DNA of 64,000 nt from NCBI GenBank assembly GCA_042408215.1, contig JAYFMW010000030.1, positions 320,001 through 384,000 of the forward strand, read 5' to 3'. This document shows, in pieces, positions 31,494 to 42,731 of this stretch. The position numbers and the translations under genes are program-made. The stretch is from Microcoleus sp. (GTDB taxonomy: Bacteria > Cyanobacteriota > Cyanobacteriia > Cyanobacteriales > Microcoleaceae). A model generated the notes under the pieces. That model made no database searches. It was not told the DNA's origin and saw nothing but the letters and a program-made list of their open reading frames with translations. How positions within the stretch are numbered: the first letter of the stretch is position 1; the number at the start of each line of letters is the position of its first letter.

Positions 31494-33050
31494 ACTGATC
31501 GTCCTCTCGCTTGATGTTGTTTTACCAATCCCTGGATAGCACCCCTTCCTAACTTTAGCAGCAAGCGATCGCACTACCTGACTCAGGAGCGTCCAGAAAG
31601 CACTGCCGGAGATCGATCGCCTCAACTTCAGGTTTACAGTATCAATGCCACTTGATCAAGAGTAGCAAAACTGGGGGGACTGCTACAGTTCACAAAAAAC
31701 CTGGCAATGCTTGACATTACCGGACTTTTTGTGGCTTTTTTCGTACAGGATTGACCCGCACAGGTGAAACTGCAAACACCTCTAAACGGTTGCTGCACCC
31801 CTCAAAGGGTGAGTTTCCGCTTACTTTTCTAATTATATTTAATGCTGCATTCACACTACTCATTGATCCGAGTCCCACGCACTGACCGAAACAACCCGCG
31901 AAAAACTCTCTTACCCTGATAATACTCTTGCTTACCGACAGGCTCTCAATCCCAAAAACTGCACTTACTTGTATAAGATTCTTCTGTAAGTGTTACCTTG
32001 ATACCCACTAACTCAGCTTTGTAGGTCATCATTTCTATCAGCTTGGCATGAGGCATTCAACAAAAGGTCTGATTCGTTTTTTTCCCTAACTCTAAATTTT
32101 GTTTCCACCCCACATTGTTTCCAATTACTAACTGCCCTATTTCCTCGTCCACCAACCCCTTGACAATCCAACTTCTGGTTGGATGAAGGTAGTTGTCTAC
32201 TCGCTTGTTTCGCTTCCAGGTGATTTGCTGAATTGGGCGCGTGGTATATTTCCCTTTTTCAAGTTGCGACTGTAAAAATGCTCGGCGCTTATTGAAACCT
32301 TGATTGATTGATTTGAGATGCTTTCCGTCATAAAGAGTTGGCATAAATGTTGGCTTTTTCGCTGCAAAACCCACGAGGCGTTCGAAGCATAAATCTATAC
32401 CTGCTATGAGTTTGGGGTTTAAATCCACAATGGTAACAGGCTTTTCATAAACCACCTCAACCATGTAGGTAGCTGTTGCAGGAACTCTCCTTACCTCTCT
32501 GACATAAGAGTGCTTTTGTAGCAATTATCATCTCAGTTTGAGCTCGATGAAGTCGCCCGTTATTTTTCTGTTTCCCCCTTTGTCCTATCGATTGGTTATC
32601 ATAAATTAACAAGTTACGTCCGCAGGCTTTATGTTTGTATTTGGGGATGTAGGGGCGGGCTAAAAATAGATGGATATCCCGGTAATAAGCCCCCCTCGCC
32701 TTTGGCCAAGCTGACCAATCGTGAATAACTTGTTTGAGAACTTGATTGCTAACTTTTGCTGGTAAGGATTTATAGTCGTCTGTGGGTTTGACGATCGCAT
32801 ATAACTGTTTTAGACTTAAAGCAAATCCCACCCTCGACCCAAGCCCAAAAAAAACACACCAAAAAAGTGTTGCCTCACCCAATAGTTACCATGCTTGTAG
32901 AGATTTTTTGACAGGAATGATCGTTCATCGAACCGTTGAAAAAACTGATGCTGTCTGTCTATGTAATCTGCTATACAAATACTAGACAAGCCTAGACATT
33001 TGCTTCTTACTTCATCGGGAGCATGGGAGCAGTTATCCCTCAGTAAGCTT

Positions 33051-36000
33051 TCACGGTTTAGCCAACCGCGATACGCCAGTTGCTCCACTTGGGGAAACCC
33101 CAAGACCGCACTGGCTTAAATTTATCGCTGCATTCAAATCTCTATCCATCCCATGACCGCAACTTCCACAGTTGTAAGTTCTTTCTTTCAATGGCATATC
33201 TTGAATATGTCCGCAATTTGAACAGGTTTTGCTTGACGGGAACCATCGGTCGGCAACAATCACTTCACAGCCAAACTTTTTAGCCTTGTATTCTAGCTGA
33301 CGCTTGAATTCATGAAATCCACAGTCAGCTATTACTTGCGCTAACTTGTGATTCTTTAGCATCCCAGAAGTATTTAAATCTTCTACTACTATCGTTGCGT
33401 GGTTTTTGCAGAAGTAAGTAGTGATTTGATGAAGAGTATTCTTTCTGAGGTTTGCTATTTTGGCATGATGTTTTGCTAGCCTTTGTTTGGCCTTAAATCT
33501 CTGGCTGGAGCCTTTCACTTTTCTTGCAAGAACTCTGGATAGTCTCTTGAGTTTTGCCAGGTGCACTTTATAGTGTTTTGGGTTCGGAAATACTACGCCA
33601 GTTGAAAGCGTAGCCAACTCTTTCACCCCCAAGTCCACTCCCACAACTTCATGACTCTTGATGGTAGGTTCATGCTCAAGCGAATAAGCAAAAGCAATAA
33701 ACCAACTGTCGGCGGTACGCGAAATAGTGATTGACTTGCAAGTCGTGTGAGGCAATCCTTCGTAAGTTTTTACCCAGCCGATTGTTGGTAGCTTGATAGA
33801 TGTACCGCCGACAGGTATTGGTTTACCGCCTGCGTCAATTGTGAAAGAGTCGTGATGCCCCTTCTTTTTGAACCTGGGATGTCCACCTTTCTTCGAGAAG
33901 AAACGAGAGAAAGAATCTCCAAGATTGTCAAAGGCGTATTGAGTTATCTTTTGGCAGATTCCGGCTTCCTTGAGCCAGGCAAACTCAGGTTTTACGTGAT
34001 TGTTGAAGAATTTCTTGAGTAGGTATTTGTTGGGCTTTAGTTAGAGTCGATTAGGGAGTTGCCCCCCTAACCTCTCCTTCAGAACGGAACGTGATACTTT
34101 CGCATCATTCCGCTCCTCAATAATCCCACCTTTGTTACAGGTACGATTCAAGACTAACTATCGGGTTTTGACATCTTCTTTAGAATGTATTGACCCGTCT
34201 GTTGCTGTCTTTGCGTCGTGGCAGTGTCTATGCAAAAGTTGTAGGTTATCGTAGGTATCTTTTCCACCTAACGATGTTGGTTTAATATGGTCAACTTCTA
34301 CAATGTCTGTACTTGTGAAATACAAACCACAGTGAGTACAAATACCCTTTTGTCGTTTGATTAATGATGCAACTCTGTTAGGAGTTTCTGGGTACTCGCC
34401 TCTTCGCTTGCTCCAGTAAATCCAGTCTCCATTGTACGGACTAGCCTCACCTTTGACCTTTGTATGCCTTACGATTGGCGTATTTGTATGAGTGAGTAGT
34501 TCTAATCCATCTTCGGTACTGAAGCACCAATTGCGGTCACCTACTGTTCTCCAGTATTTGTCCTTATTGATGCTACCTTTTCCCCTCGATTTAGCCCAGG
34601 CTCTTAATTTTTGCCATGTCAGCATATCTACCCTTGAATAGGTTTGCTTACTAACTTGTGTCGAGTAATATTTCGACCATCCTCTGATGATTGGATTTAA
34701 CTTGCTGATTAAAGCAGCTTGGGAGGTGGTTTTATGAGTGTCTATTACTTCGGCAATCTTGGCTAAATGAGTCTTAACCTTGGCTTTTGATGGTGTGATT
34801 AGTGTTGTAAAACCAAGTTGTATCCCTTGTGAGCTGTTGGCACTTCTGTAATTACCTACTTTGTGCTGCTGTACATGGAATCCAAGGAACTCAAACCCTA
34901 CGTTACCGTCAATCTTAATGAGGGTGTGGGTTAGTTTTGTTTTATTTGGTTTTAATTCTCGTCCCATATCACGTAGCCACTCAGCGATTATCTCTTGACA
35001 TTTCTTGACTACGTTTAAATCTTTGTGGATTATCACGAAATCGTCGGCGTAGCGGATTAGGCTTAAGGCTATACGGTTCTCCCGTTTTTTTCCTTTTAGT
35101 GTTTCCGCGTATTGTTTTATTCTTTCTTCCATACCATGTAGGGCGATATTTGCAAGTAGGGGTGATATTACCCCGCCTTGTGGTGTACCCTCATTAGTAG
35201 GGAATAAAGAATCCTGGTCACAATACCCTGCTTTGAGCCATGATTTGATTTGACGGTTTAAAGTGGGGTATGTTTTTATCTTTGAGAGTAACGCTTTGTG
35301 GTCTATGCGGTCGAAGCATTTAGCAATATCAGCATCAAGCACATATTTGGCTTTTTTATTAATACTGTCGAATATTGCTTGAATCGCATCGTGGCAGGAA
35401 CGTCCTGGTCTAAAACCGTAACTGTTAGGCTCAAATTTTGCCTCCCATTCTGGTTCTAACGCTAGTTTCACTAACGCTTGCAGTGCGCGGTCGTTTATCG
35501 TTGGGATGCCTAATGGTCTAGTTTCAGTAGTACCAGGTTTAGGAATATTAACCCTACGAGTGGGTTTTACTTTACCTGTTAACTTTAACTTGCCTATCAG
35601 GTTGATACGTTGCTTTGGGGTCAATGCTTTTACACCATCCACTCCCGCCGTATTCTTTCCTTGGTTATCTTGTGTCACCCTACGTACCGCGATACACTTT
35701 GCAGACCAAGACCTAATCAGGGTTTTCTGAAGTTTGCGAACTGCTTTAACATCACCACGTTCACTCGCTTGGAATATTCGCTTTTGCAACTTAAAAGTCA
35801 CCCTTTCTAGCTTGCGCCAGTTGATGTCTTTCCACTCCACCGTCTGATTGTTCAGCGTTTTAGATATGTTCATTGCTACTTGTTCAACTCCTTTGGAATT
35901 ACCGAGTATCTGTTAGCATATCCCCCGCATTACCGAGGGCATTCCGCTTTTGATACCATCCCGCTCTCTTACACCGTTCGTTAGCTACTTACTGGTTATC

Positions 36001-36620
36001 GACCTTACCAGAGGTTTAAGAGAGTTACTTCGTTCCGATTACACATTGATTGAGTCTTTAGCGTGATGTTTTCCACCGGGTTTATTGGGCGGTGCTTATA
36101 AGTCGAATGGACATTCGCTTATGCCCTATCCTTGCCTTTTGGCTTGGTGTTATCAAGTTTTACCGCATTTTCAACGGATTTATCCTTGGTCAGCCATTTC
36201 ACCATTTATCATTACGATGGTTCAAACACATCATTGCTTTCGCTACGCATGGACTCTTGCTCGATAGTTACTAGATTTGGCTTCTAGTAGTTCTACCTTT
36301 TAACCCCGCTTTAGTTAATTGGTTGCTACCCAATTAACTAGGGGTTATGCTTTCACCTCTGCACTTGAGGGGAAGGACTTACCGCACGGCGGTTCACCTC
36401 CAAATGTAATCAGTTATCACCAGTCTTATCAACTAGGCTAACCGTCCCATAAGCGTTTCAGCTTATTTTAGGTTAAACGAATCGCACATCCATCTTTATA
36501 AAGGTAACACCAAGTAGCCAGTCCCCAGTTATAAGTAAACCTCGCTATGCCAGCGTGTTTACTCATGACCGTTGATTGACTCTTGTTTAGCTTTAACTTT
36601 GTTTTGATGGACAAAAGCAT
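33051..36620 (-). CDS. tnpB: IS607 TnpB RNA-guided nuclease; two exons (36620-36488, 34039-33051), 373 aa after splicing
   Basis: MLLSIKTKLKL...YKDG-L-KPNKYLLKK continuous frame; RuvC GVDLG, VVEDL, DRDLNAA; Zn finger CSNC/CGSC. Confidence 0.9.
34040..36487 (-). ncRNA. Group II intron (probably IIB, chloroplast-like class), 2448 nt
   Basis: 5' GTGCG at 36487; domain V GAGCGGAATGATGCGAAAGTATCACGTTCCGTTC; domain VI ending ...CTCTAAC at 34040; candidate EBS1 GUCCAU (36112-36107) pairs with exon end AUGGAU. Confidence 0.92.
34158..35873 (-). CDS. ltrA: Group II intron reverse transcriptase/maturase with HNH endonuclease domain
   Basis: RPLGIP, YGFRPGRS, GTPQGGVISPLLANI, YADD, FLGF, LNPIIRGW, EVDHI...NLQLLHRHCH. 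Confidence 0.95.
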   Translation of the reverse strand: MNISKTLNNQTVEWKDINWRKLERVTFKLQKRIFQASERGDVKAVRKLQKTLIRSWSAKCIAVRRVTQDNQGKNTAGVDGVKALTPKQRINLIGKLKLTGKVKPTRRVNIPKPGTTETRPLGIPTINDRALQALVKLALEPEWEAKFEPNSYGFRPGRSCHDAIQAIFDSINKKAKYVLDADIAKCFDRIDHKALLSKIKTYPTLNRQIKSWLKAGYCDQDSLFPTNEGTPQGGVISPLLANIALHGMEERIKQYAETLKGKKRENRIALSLIRYADDFVIIHKDLNVVKKCQEIIAEWLRDMGRELKPNKTKLTHTLIKIDGNVGFEFLGFHVQQHKVGNYRSANSSQGIQLGFTTLITPSKAKVKTHLAKIAEVIDTHKTTSQAALISKLNPIIRGWSKYYSTQVSKQTYSRVDMLTWQKLRAWAKSRGKGSINKDKYWRTVGDRNWCFSTEDGLELLTHTNTPIVRHTKVKGEASPYNGDWIYWSKRRGEYPETPNRVASLIKRQKGICTHCGLYFTSTDIVEVDHIKPTSLGGKDTYDNLQLLHRHCHDAKTATDGSIHSKEDVKTR

Positions 36621-36629
36621 TGTTCGACC

Positions 36630-37280
36630 TCAACACTGGATTTCTTGATTGCTCAATTCTGACAGGTCTTGTACGGGTTTGTCAATAGCCTTTTTCAGAT
36701 TCTCCTTGATTTCCTTGGAGTAATTTCGCCAACCGTACAAACGGCCAGAAAAACAGTGGATTATCGCCATCAAGTCTTCTACTAATTCATGTTGCGGAGA
36801 CAGTGATTCTTGATTGGCGACTACAATTTCACATCCCACTGATATCGCAAGCTCCTGAATGAATTCAAAGGCAAATCTGCACATCCTATCCTTGTGTGCA
36901 ATTACAATTGTTGATATTTCGCCTTTGAGCATTGACAGCATGATTGCTAGAAACTTTTTTCTCTTAAAGTTTAACCCACCACCAATTTCCGATACCCAGT
37001 CATCAACCGTCAGTCCTCTACCTAGGCAAAAAGCTTCCATAGCAAGTAACTGATTTTTCAGTTCTGGCTTCTGCCCGTTAGATGAAACTCGACAGTAAAC
37101 GATTGTCTTTCGGTTGGCTTCTATGGGTTTCAGACCGTTGGCTATCAAGAGATCGTCTTCTGTGTAGAAGCGATGGCCTGACAGGGTGCGCTTGGCTGGC
37201 AACTTCCCCGCGACATCCCAGCGCTGGAGGGTCTTTACTGATAGCCCAAGCTTTTTTGCGAATTCGTGTGGTTTGAACAT
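36630..37280 (-). CDS. tnpA: IS607 transposase (MerR-like HTH + serine recombinase)
   Basis: SVKTLQRWD, YCRVSS, EIGGGLNFKRK, HKDRMCRF, ELVEDL. Confidence 0.93.
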   Translation of the reverse strand: MFKPHEFAKKLGLSVKTLQRWDVAGKLPAKRTLSGHRFYTEDDLLIANGLKPIEANRKTIVYCRVSSNGQKPELKNQLLAMEAFCLGRGLTVDDWVSEIGGGLNFKRKKFLAIMLSMLKGEISTIVIAHKDRMCRFAFEFIQELAISVGCEIVVANQESLSPQHELVEDLMAIIHCFSGRLYGWRNYSKEIKENLKKAIDKPVQDLSELSNQEIQC

Positions 37281-37998
37281 GGTACACGTAAGAGGTTTGT
37301 CGGCAAGTGTACCACTTTGTTTATTTATTCACTAGCTAGGTACTAGCTCTTTCAACAACCATCATATTTTATGGAGGTAGAAAAGTTTATGGGCTTGTGT
37401 CCGGTAATGTGCGGTAAAATCCAGGGATTATCTGATCTAGTTTAGCACCCCAAAGCCGAAACAAGTCAACCGAAGGTAGAAGGCTGGCTTTCGGCTACAG
37501 GCGCTGCTCACCCAAGGGCGATCGCTCCTTGCACTTCAGCAGGCGCTCCCCCATGCCTTGAGTTGCAGGTCGTCTGGTCTCCGTCAATTCAACCCAAGCT
37601 CTGCTGGCCACAGGTAAAGTAGGGATTTGAACCGCGCTACCTTAGAATAGGGGAATGCCAAGCGCCTGCGCGTGAGTAGCAGGCGAGCAAAAAAGTATTC
37701 ACGCACCAAAACCGGACGGCTAATCAATGCTGATGGGAATGGTTGTTTGAATATTGGTCACAAGTTAACGACACTGCGGTGGGCGGTTTTGTAGTTAACG
37801 AGCGGTTTAACAGCAGCCGATAAAAGCGTACAAACATTAAATTTAGGCGAGTTCGATATTTGTCTAGATTTTTTGGCACTATGCCAACAATCAGGCAGAT
37901 CTGCGACACTTATTACAGTACAAAGCCTTGATTGTCGGTTGACGCGCACCTAGTCTTTTTCAACTCAGACACGGTTTTAAGGAGAACACTTTAGCTGC

Positions 37999-39237
37999 AT
38001 GCAGGGAAATTTGAGTGAAATTGACATCCGCAGCATCCTGCAACTGATTGAGTTAGGTCAGCGAACAGGAGAACTGTTCGTAGAGGCCTACAGCTCCATC
38101 GTCAGCAGCACTGGTACTCAACCTACCCAGCGCTCCCTTGCAGGACAATCCTGGTTTGTCTTCTGCTTCAATGGTCAGATTATTTACGCTACCCAGAGTG
38201 CGGGCAGTTTGTTTCGCTTGCGCGACTACCTGCGTCGCTACAAAGCAGACACCGCCCTCGACCAAATCCAAGTTCCCTACATGGCTTCTACCAATGCGCC
38301 AGAATACGGCTACCTGTGGGCGCTGCTAGAAAACCACATCCTCACCCCAGCTCAAGGGCGCAACATCATCCACAGCATGATCCACGAAACCCTCTTTGAC
38401 TTGCTCAGTCTCCACCAGGGTTCCTTCACCTTTGAAATGGGGTCTGCCTTAGCTCCTCAATTAACCAGCTTAGAAATTAGCTCCCTGCTGGCGAAGATTG
38501 TCAAACAGGTACAGCAGTGGAAGCAGTTTCACCCTCACATTCAGTCGCCCAACCAATGCCCGGTGATTTCAGACCCCGCCGAGTTGCAAGTGGCATTGCC
38601 TGTCAATACTTTTAATACTCTCAGACGCTGGGCTGACGGGCACACTTCGATCCGTCAAATGGCTCGCTACCTCAACCGAGATGTGCTGAGTGTCGCTAAG
38701 GCGATATACCCCTTCGTGCAGCAGGGATTGGTGCAACTATTTTACGAGCCTTCTGTTGCCCCTGCCAATAGCAAAAAAGAATGGTCGTCCCCAGAAACTA
38801 AAGTTCCCAAAGTTGTCTGTATTGACGACGACAATGTTATTCGCAAAACAGTCGAGTCAATTTTAAACGAACACGGTTACGAAGCTACTGCCATCAGCAG
38901 TCCCCTCAAAGCCTTGAGTTTAGTTTTTAAACTCAAACCCGATTTAATTCTGTGCGACATCGCCATGCCCGAACTCGACGGCTACGAAATTTGCGCTATG
39001 CTGCGCAATTCTAGCGCTTTCCGGCAGACGCCGATCGTCATGCTGACTGGTATCGACGGATTTATCGATCGAGTTCAGGCCCGGATGGCGGGAGCCACTG
39101 ACTACTTTACCAAACCGTTTGGCGAAAGCGAGTTATTAATGCTGGTAGAAAAATATATCGGCCCTGGTTGCCCGGAACTCCATCCATCGTCCAAATTATT
39201 AACCCAGGAACTCGATCGCGAATTAGAAGAGAATTGA
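37999..39237 (+). CDS. hmpA: PatA-family response regulator (PATAN + REC), HmpA/PilG orthologue
   Basis: MQGNLSEIDIRSILQLIELGQRTGEL; C-terminal REC VVCIDDD...DIAMP...KPF; locus context. Confidence 0.85.
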   Translation: MQGNLSEIDIRSILQLIELGQRTGELFVEAYSSIVSSTGTQPTQRSLAGQSWFVFCFNGQIIYATQSAGSLFRLRDYLRRYKADTALDQIQVPYMASTNAPEYGYLWALLENHILTPAQGRNIIHSMIHETLFDLLSLHQGSFTFEMGSALAPQLTSLEISSLLAKIVKQVQQWKQFHPHIQSPNQCPVISDPAELQVALPVNTFNTLRRWADGHTSIRQMARYLNRDVLSVAKAIYPFVQQGLVQLFYEPSVAPANSKKEWSSPETKVPKVVCIDDDNVIRKTVESILNEHGYEATAISSPLKALSLVFKLKPDLILCDIAMPELDGYEICAMLRNSSAFRQTPIVMLTGIDGFIDRVQARMAGATDYFTKPFGESELLMLVEKYIGPGCPELHPSSKLLTQELDRELEEN

Positions 39238-39298
39238 CTTTACTCAGCATAAGGGTTCAAAGTGCAAATATAATATAGAACCCATTTGAGATCTTTTA

Positions 39299-39498
39299 AC
39301 GATCGCCCGCAGCAAGCGATCGACTCACAGCAGTCGATCGCTCACAGCAGTCGATCGCTCACAGCAGTCGATCGGCTTCACAGCAGGCGATCGCTCACAG
39401 CAGGCGATCGCTCACAGCAGGCGATCGCTCACAGCAGGCGATCGGCTTCACAGCAGGCGATCGGCTTCACAGCAGGCGATCGGCTTCACGATCGCCCA
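39299..39498. repeat. HIP1-containing 17-18-bp minisatellite inside the IS5 left arm
   Basis: (CACAGCAGGCGATCGCT / ...CGGCTT)n, about 10 units, bounded by ACGATCGCCC direct repeats. Confidence 0.9.
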
Positions 39499-39616
39499 GA
39501 AAAGCTCTTTTTTTGAGGTGGTTCGGTTTAAAAGAGCGCGCTCGATAGATTTTCGAGTTGGTTGTCCCCCATCAAGTTTTGAGGTAAAATTACCAGAAAA
39601 AGACCCGAAAGCCATC

Positions 39617-40465
39617 ATGCCGTATTCTAGTAACCTAACGGACTCCGAATGGGAAATTCTCGAGCCTCTACTACATCAAATATTACCCGTTAAAAAGCCA
39701 ACTCGACCTCCTAGCTGGACTAAAAGAGAAATCTTAGATGGTATCTTCTATCAACTCAAGAATGGGTGTAATTGGGAAGACTTACCTAAAGACTTACCAC
39801 CCTACTCAACTGTATATTGGTATTACAAGCAATGGCGCTCAGAAGGAGTGCTTGAAGATTTGATGAAAGTCTTACATTCTCAAGTACGCGAACAAGTCAA
39901 AAAAAACCGAAGTGGACTACGTTGATCATTCTCGACTCACAAGCCGTGAAAAACACCTGTAATGCCAGTCTTGCATCGAAAGGATTTTGTTTCTACAAAT
40001 CGACGAATGGTATTAAAAGGCATCTAGCCGTTGATACGCTTGGGTTTCCCTTCTTTACTCATTGTACAAAAGCCCATGTATCAGATGATGCGGGTTGGAT
40101 TGAAATGTTGAGTAAAAACATCGATTATTTCAAGTCTAAACCAGTCAATATTCCCAAAATCACAATATTGCACGGGCGACGGTTATCACCCTGAACGTCT
40201 GACTATTGAGTTCAAGAAAATTTCTCCACAAATTCTGACCAAAATTAAGTTTGAACTCTCAAAAAAACCATCAAAACCACAAAAAGAAGCCGAGGGAAAA
40301 TCGGGATTTGTTCCGGTTAGGGCAAGGTGGGTGATTGAACGGTCAAATAGTTGGATGGAAAGATGCAAAATACTCGTTAAGAACTTCGAGAGAACTTTAG
40401 CTAATGCAACTGCCAAGGTAAATCTTTGTTTTATTAGGCTGATGGTTAAAAGGCTTGCGGTCTAA
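39617..40465 (+). pseudogene. IS5 transposase, split by an A-run frameshift (~39900) and a further lesion (~40175)
   Basis: MPYSSNLTDSEWEIL, IILDSQAVK, KRHLAVDTLG, RWVIERSNSW in different frames. Confidence 0.8.
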
Positions 40466-40773
40466 AAGATGTCAAATGGGTTCTATATTTGTTCTCCAGT
40501 GACTCGTTTAACCTAAATGAGCATAAATACTTAGATGCGGTGAGCTTGGTTCAATTCACTAATCTTGACAACAGACTTTCATAGGAGGGTGCAAGTCCCG
40601 AATTGCAGGTGCAGCCGTGAAAGCATAACCTCTAGTTGTATAGAAGGTGCAATTAATATTTAGTCGAAACGATGTTACCTTCATAAGAATTAATGCGGGA
40701 TGCGGGAAACGAGCGAGACTTTAGTCCTTCCTAGGGAAGCGGCGCGGGGGACTTCAGTCCCCGTGTTCTTTCT

Positions 40774-41181
40774 TTAGTTGGCCGAGTGATGTGGATCTTC
40801 TATATATTTTTTTACCACTTCACTACTAATATTACCTGCCGTACTCACAAAATAGCTGCTCGTCCATAAAGATGGCAGCTTTTTTAGTTGCGGGAACTCT
40901 GCCCGCAAATAACGGCTAGAACGACCCTTAAATAATTTAACGACTAACGCAGGGGTATCCGTTGGCTTAACAGCTACAAACAGATGTACATGGTCTGGCG
41001 CTAGAAGTAGCGCCAGAATGTCCCAACCTTTTTCAATTGACAGTTCCAGAAATATTTGGCGGGTTCTAGTTGCCACGTTCCCGATTAGAACTTTCTTGCG
41101 GCGCTTAGGGATAAAGACGAAGTGGTAGTTAAGTAAGAACTTGACGTGGTTGTGGGTTTTGTATTCAGGTAGTGGCAACAT
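40774..41181 (-). CDS. tnpA: Y1 HUH transposase TnpA
   Basis: YHFVFIPKRRK, DHVHL, KGRSSR, LWTSSYF, KKYIE; intact ORF. Confidence 0.93.
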   Translation of the reverse strand: MLPLPEYKTHNHVKFLLNYHFVFIPKRRKKVLIGNVATRTRQIFLELSIEKGWDILALLLAPDHVHLFVAVKPTDTPALVVKLFKGRSSRYLRAEFPQLKKLPSLWTSSYFVSTAGNISSEVVKKYIEDPHHSAN

Positions 41182-41262
41182 AAATATTTTGTCGATCTAG
41201 CTTGACGTATCCACTCTAGTCGCCTAAGCTAGACAAATCAACCAATCTTCGGGAAAATAGAG

Positions 41263-42731
41263 GTGACTAAAACCAAAAAAGCAATGGGAGTTCAGCAAGT
41301 ATTGCTGTCGCCCAATCAGGAACTTAAAGCGTTGTTGGAGTATCTCTGTCAACAATCAGGCAAGCTATATAACAGTGGTGTTTATTTGGCTCGTCAGACT
41401 TTTTTTCAAACCGGAAAAATGTTGACTGGAAAGTTTGACTTGTCCTTTGAACCATCAATTTCAAAGTCAATGGTTGCTAAGTCCTTGCCATCCACACCAA
41501 TGCAGCAAACATTGATGTCAGTCACAGAAGCTTTTAAATCTTTCAAAGAATTAAGAGATTTGTATCTCAAAGGTCAATTGCATTTTAAACCCAAGCCGCC
41601 GGGATACCTGAAAGGGTCTAAGTTGTTCAAAGTAGCTTATCCTAATTCTGGAGGTTTAAGGCCTAAACTTATCGGCAATCAGTTGAGATTCTCGTTGGGA
41701 TTGACGGTAAAGCGATGGTTTGGAGTTGACGAATTCTTTCTGCCTATGTCGTCAATCGATTTGAGATTTTAGATTTGAGATTTTAGATTTACCCCACGTA
41801 TAAATGCGGGGGCTTGAGGATTTTAGATTTGGGATTTTGGATTGATTCCACGGATCAATCCGGGGGCTTGTACCACCTTTGAAATTATTGGTCAAATCTG
41901 GATTTTTAGAGAGTGAAATAGTTGACGATTCTCCCTAAGAATGGAGTTTTTTACCTTGAGATATCCTAGGAGGTTGAAAAAGAACAACATAATCTGGATC
42001 TTGGCCAAGCATTATCAATTGACTTGGGGACTGCTGACAATTTAGCAGCTTGTGTCGATACACTAGGAAACTCCTTCTTAATTGATGCTCGTGCCATGAA
42101 AGCGATGAATCAATTGTGGAATAAAAAAGTCGCAACCAGAAAAGAAGGAAAGCCTGAAGGCTATTGGGATAACTGGCTAGACCGCGTAACTCGCAAACGC
42201 AATCACCAAATGCGTGATGGCATCAATAAGGCTGCGAAGTTGATTGTCAGCCATTGCTTGAAATACAGCGTCGGGAATATTATTTGTGGTGGGAATCAAG
42301 GTTTCAAATCCCATGTCAATATGGGAAAAAAGAACAATCAAAAGTTTGTTCAAATGCCTTTGGGAAAGCTGAAAGACCGATTAAATCAACTGTGTGACTT
42401 GCACGGTATTAAGTTTACAGAAACCGAAGAAGCGTATAGGTCCAAAGCTAGTTTTTTAGATGGAGACTCCCTGCCCAAATATGGTGAAAAACCGGAAGGG
42501 TGGAAAGCATCTGGAAAGCGAATTAAGCGTGGATTGTATCGGTCTGTCGATGGAACAGTGATGAATGCAGACTTAAATGGTTCCGCCAATATCCTGAGAA
42601 AAGTAGCCAGTAAGTTGGGTGTAAACCTTGACCGACTGGGTAGACGGTGCTTGACGACCGTAGCGAGAGTTAGAATTTGGATGTTACCCAAATCCGCTCT
42701 GTCCGCAGAATCTCAGTGGCTTCAGCCCTGA
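41263..42731 (+). pseudogene. tnpB: tnpB pseudogene
   Basis: Broken by a ~140-bp repeat insertion (~41755-41895, GTCAA at both sides) and TAG stops; SIDLG, TEEAYRSKAS, NADLNGSAN. Confidence 0.88.

Larger units (their letters stand above)
32968..37346 (-). mobile_element. IS607-family element (serine-recombinase tnpA + tnpB) carrying a group II intron
   Basis: AG dinucleotide at both junctions (GAAAG-AG|CTAGT ... TAGC-AG|ATTAC); removal restores the outer tnpB frame. Confidence 0.85.
31717..37365 (-). pseudogene. tnpB: tnpB pseudogene (split: 37365-37347 plus 32967-31717)
   Basis: Rejoined start MMVVERDYIDRQHQFF...SKNLY; AGIDL; TEESYTSKCSF; several frameshifts and stops. Confidence 0.85.
31711..37413 (-). 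mobile_element. Outer IS200/IS605-type (tnpB-only) element, disrupted by IS607
   Basis: On the minus strand TTAC precedes 37413 and TCAA ends at 31711; encloses a tnpB pseudogene; exact ends tentative. Confidence 0.6.
39278..40483 (+). mobile_element. IS5-family element
   Basis: TIRs GAACCCATTTGAGATCTTT / AAAGATGTCAAATGGGTTC flanked by TATA on both sides. Confidence 0.9.

Noticed and set aside
34158..35873. Retron, DGR or defence reverse transcriptase
   Set aside because: It has maturase and HNH domains and lies within clear group II intron boundaries with domains V and VI.
37409..37413. GTGCG as the start of another group II intron
   Set aside because: No following similarity to intron domain I; it coincides with the outer IS end.
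37420..37998. Riboswitch or SigJ-type promoter upstream of hmpA
   Set aside because: Only partial GGGAAT matches and generic hairpins; no motif I can support.
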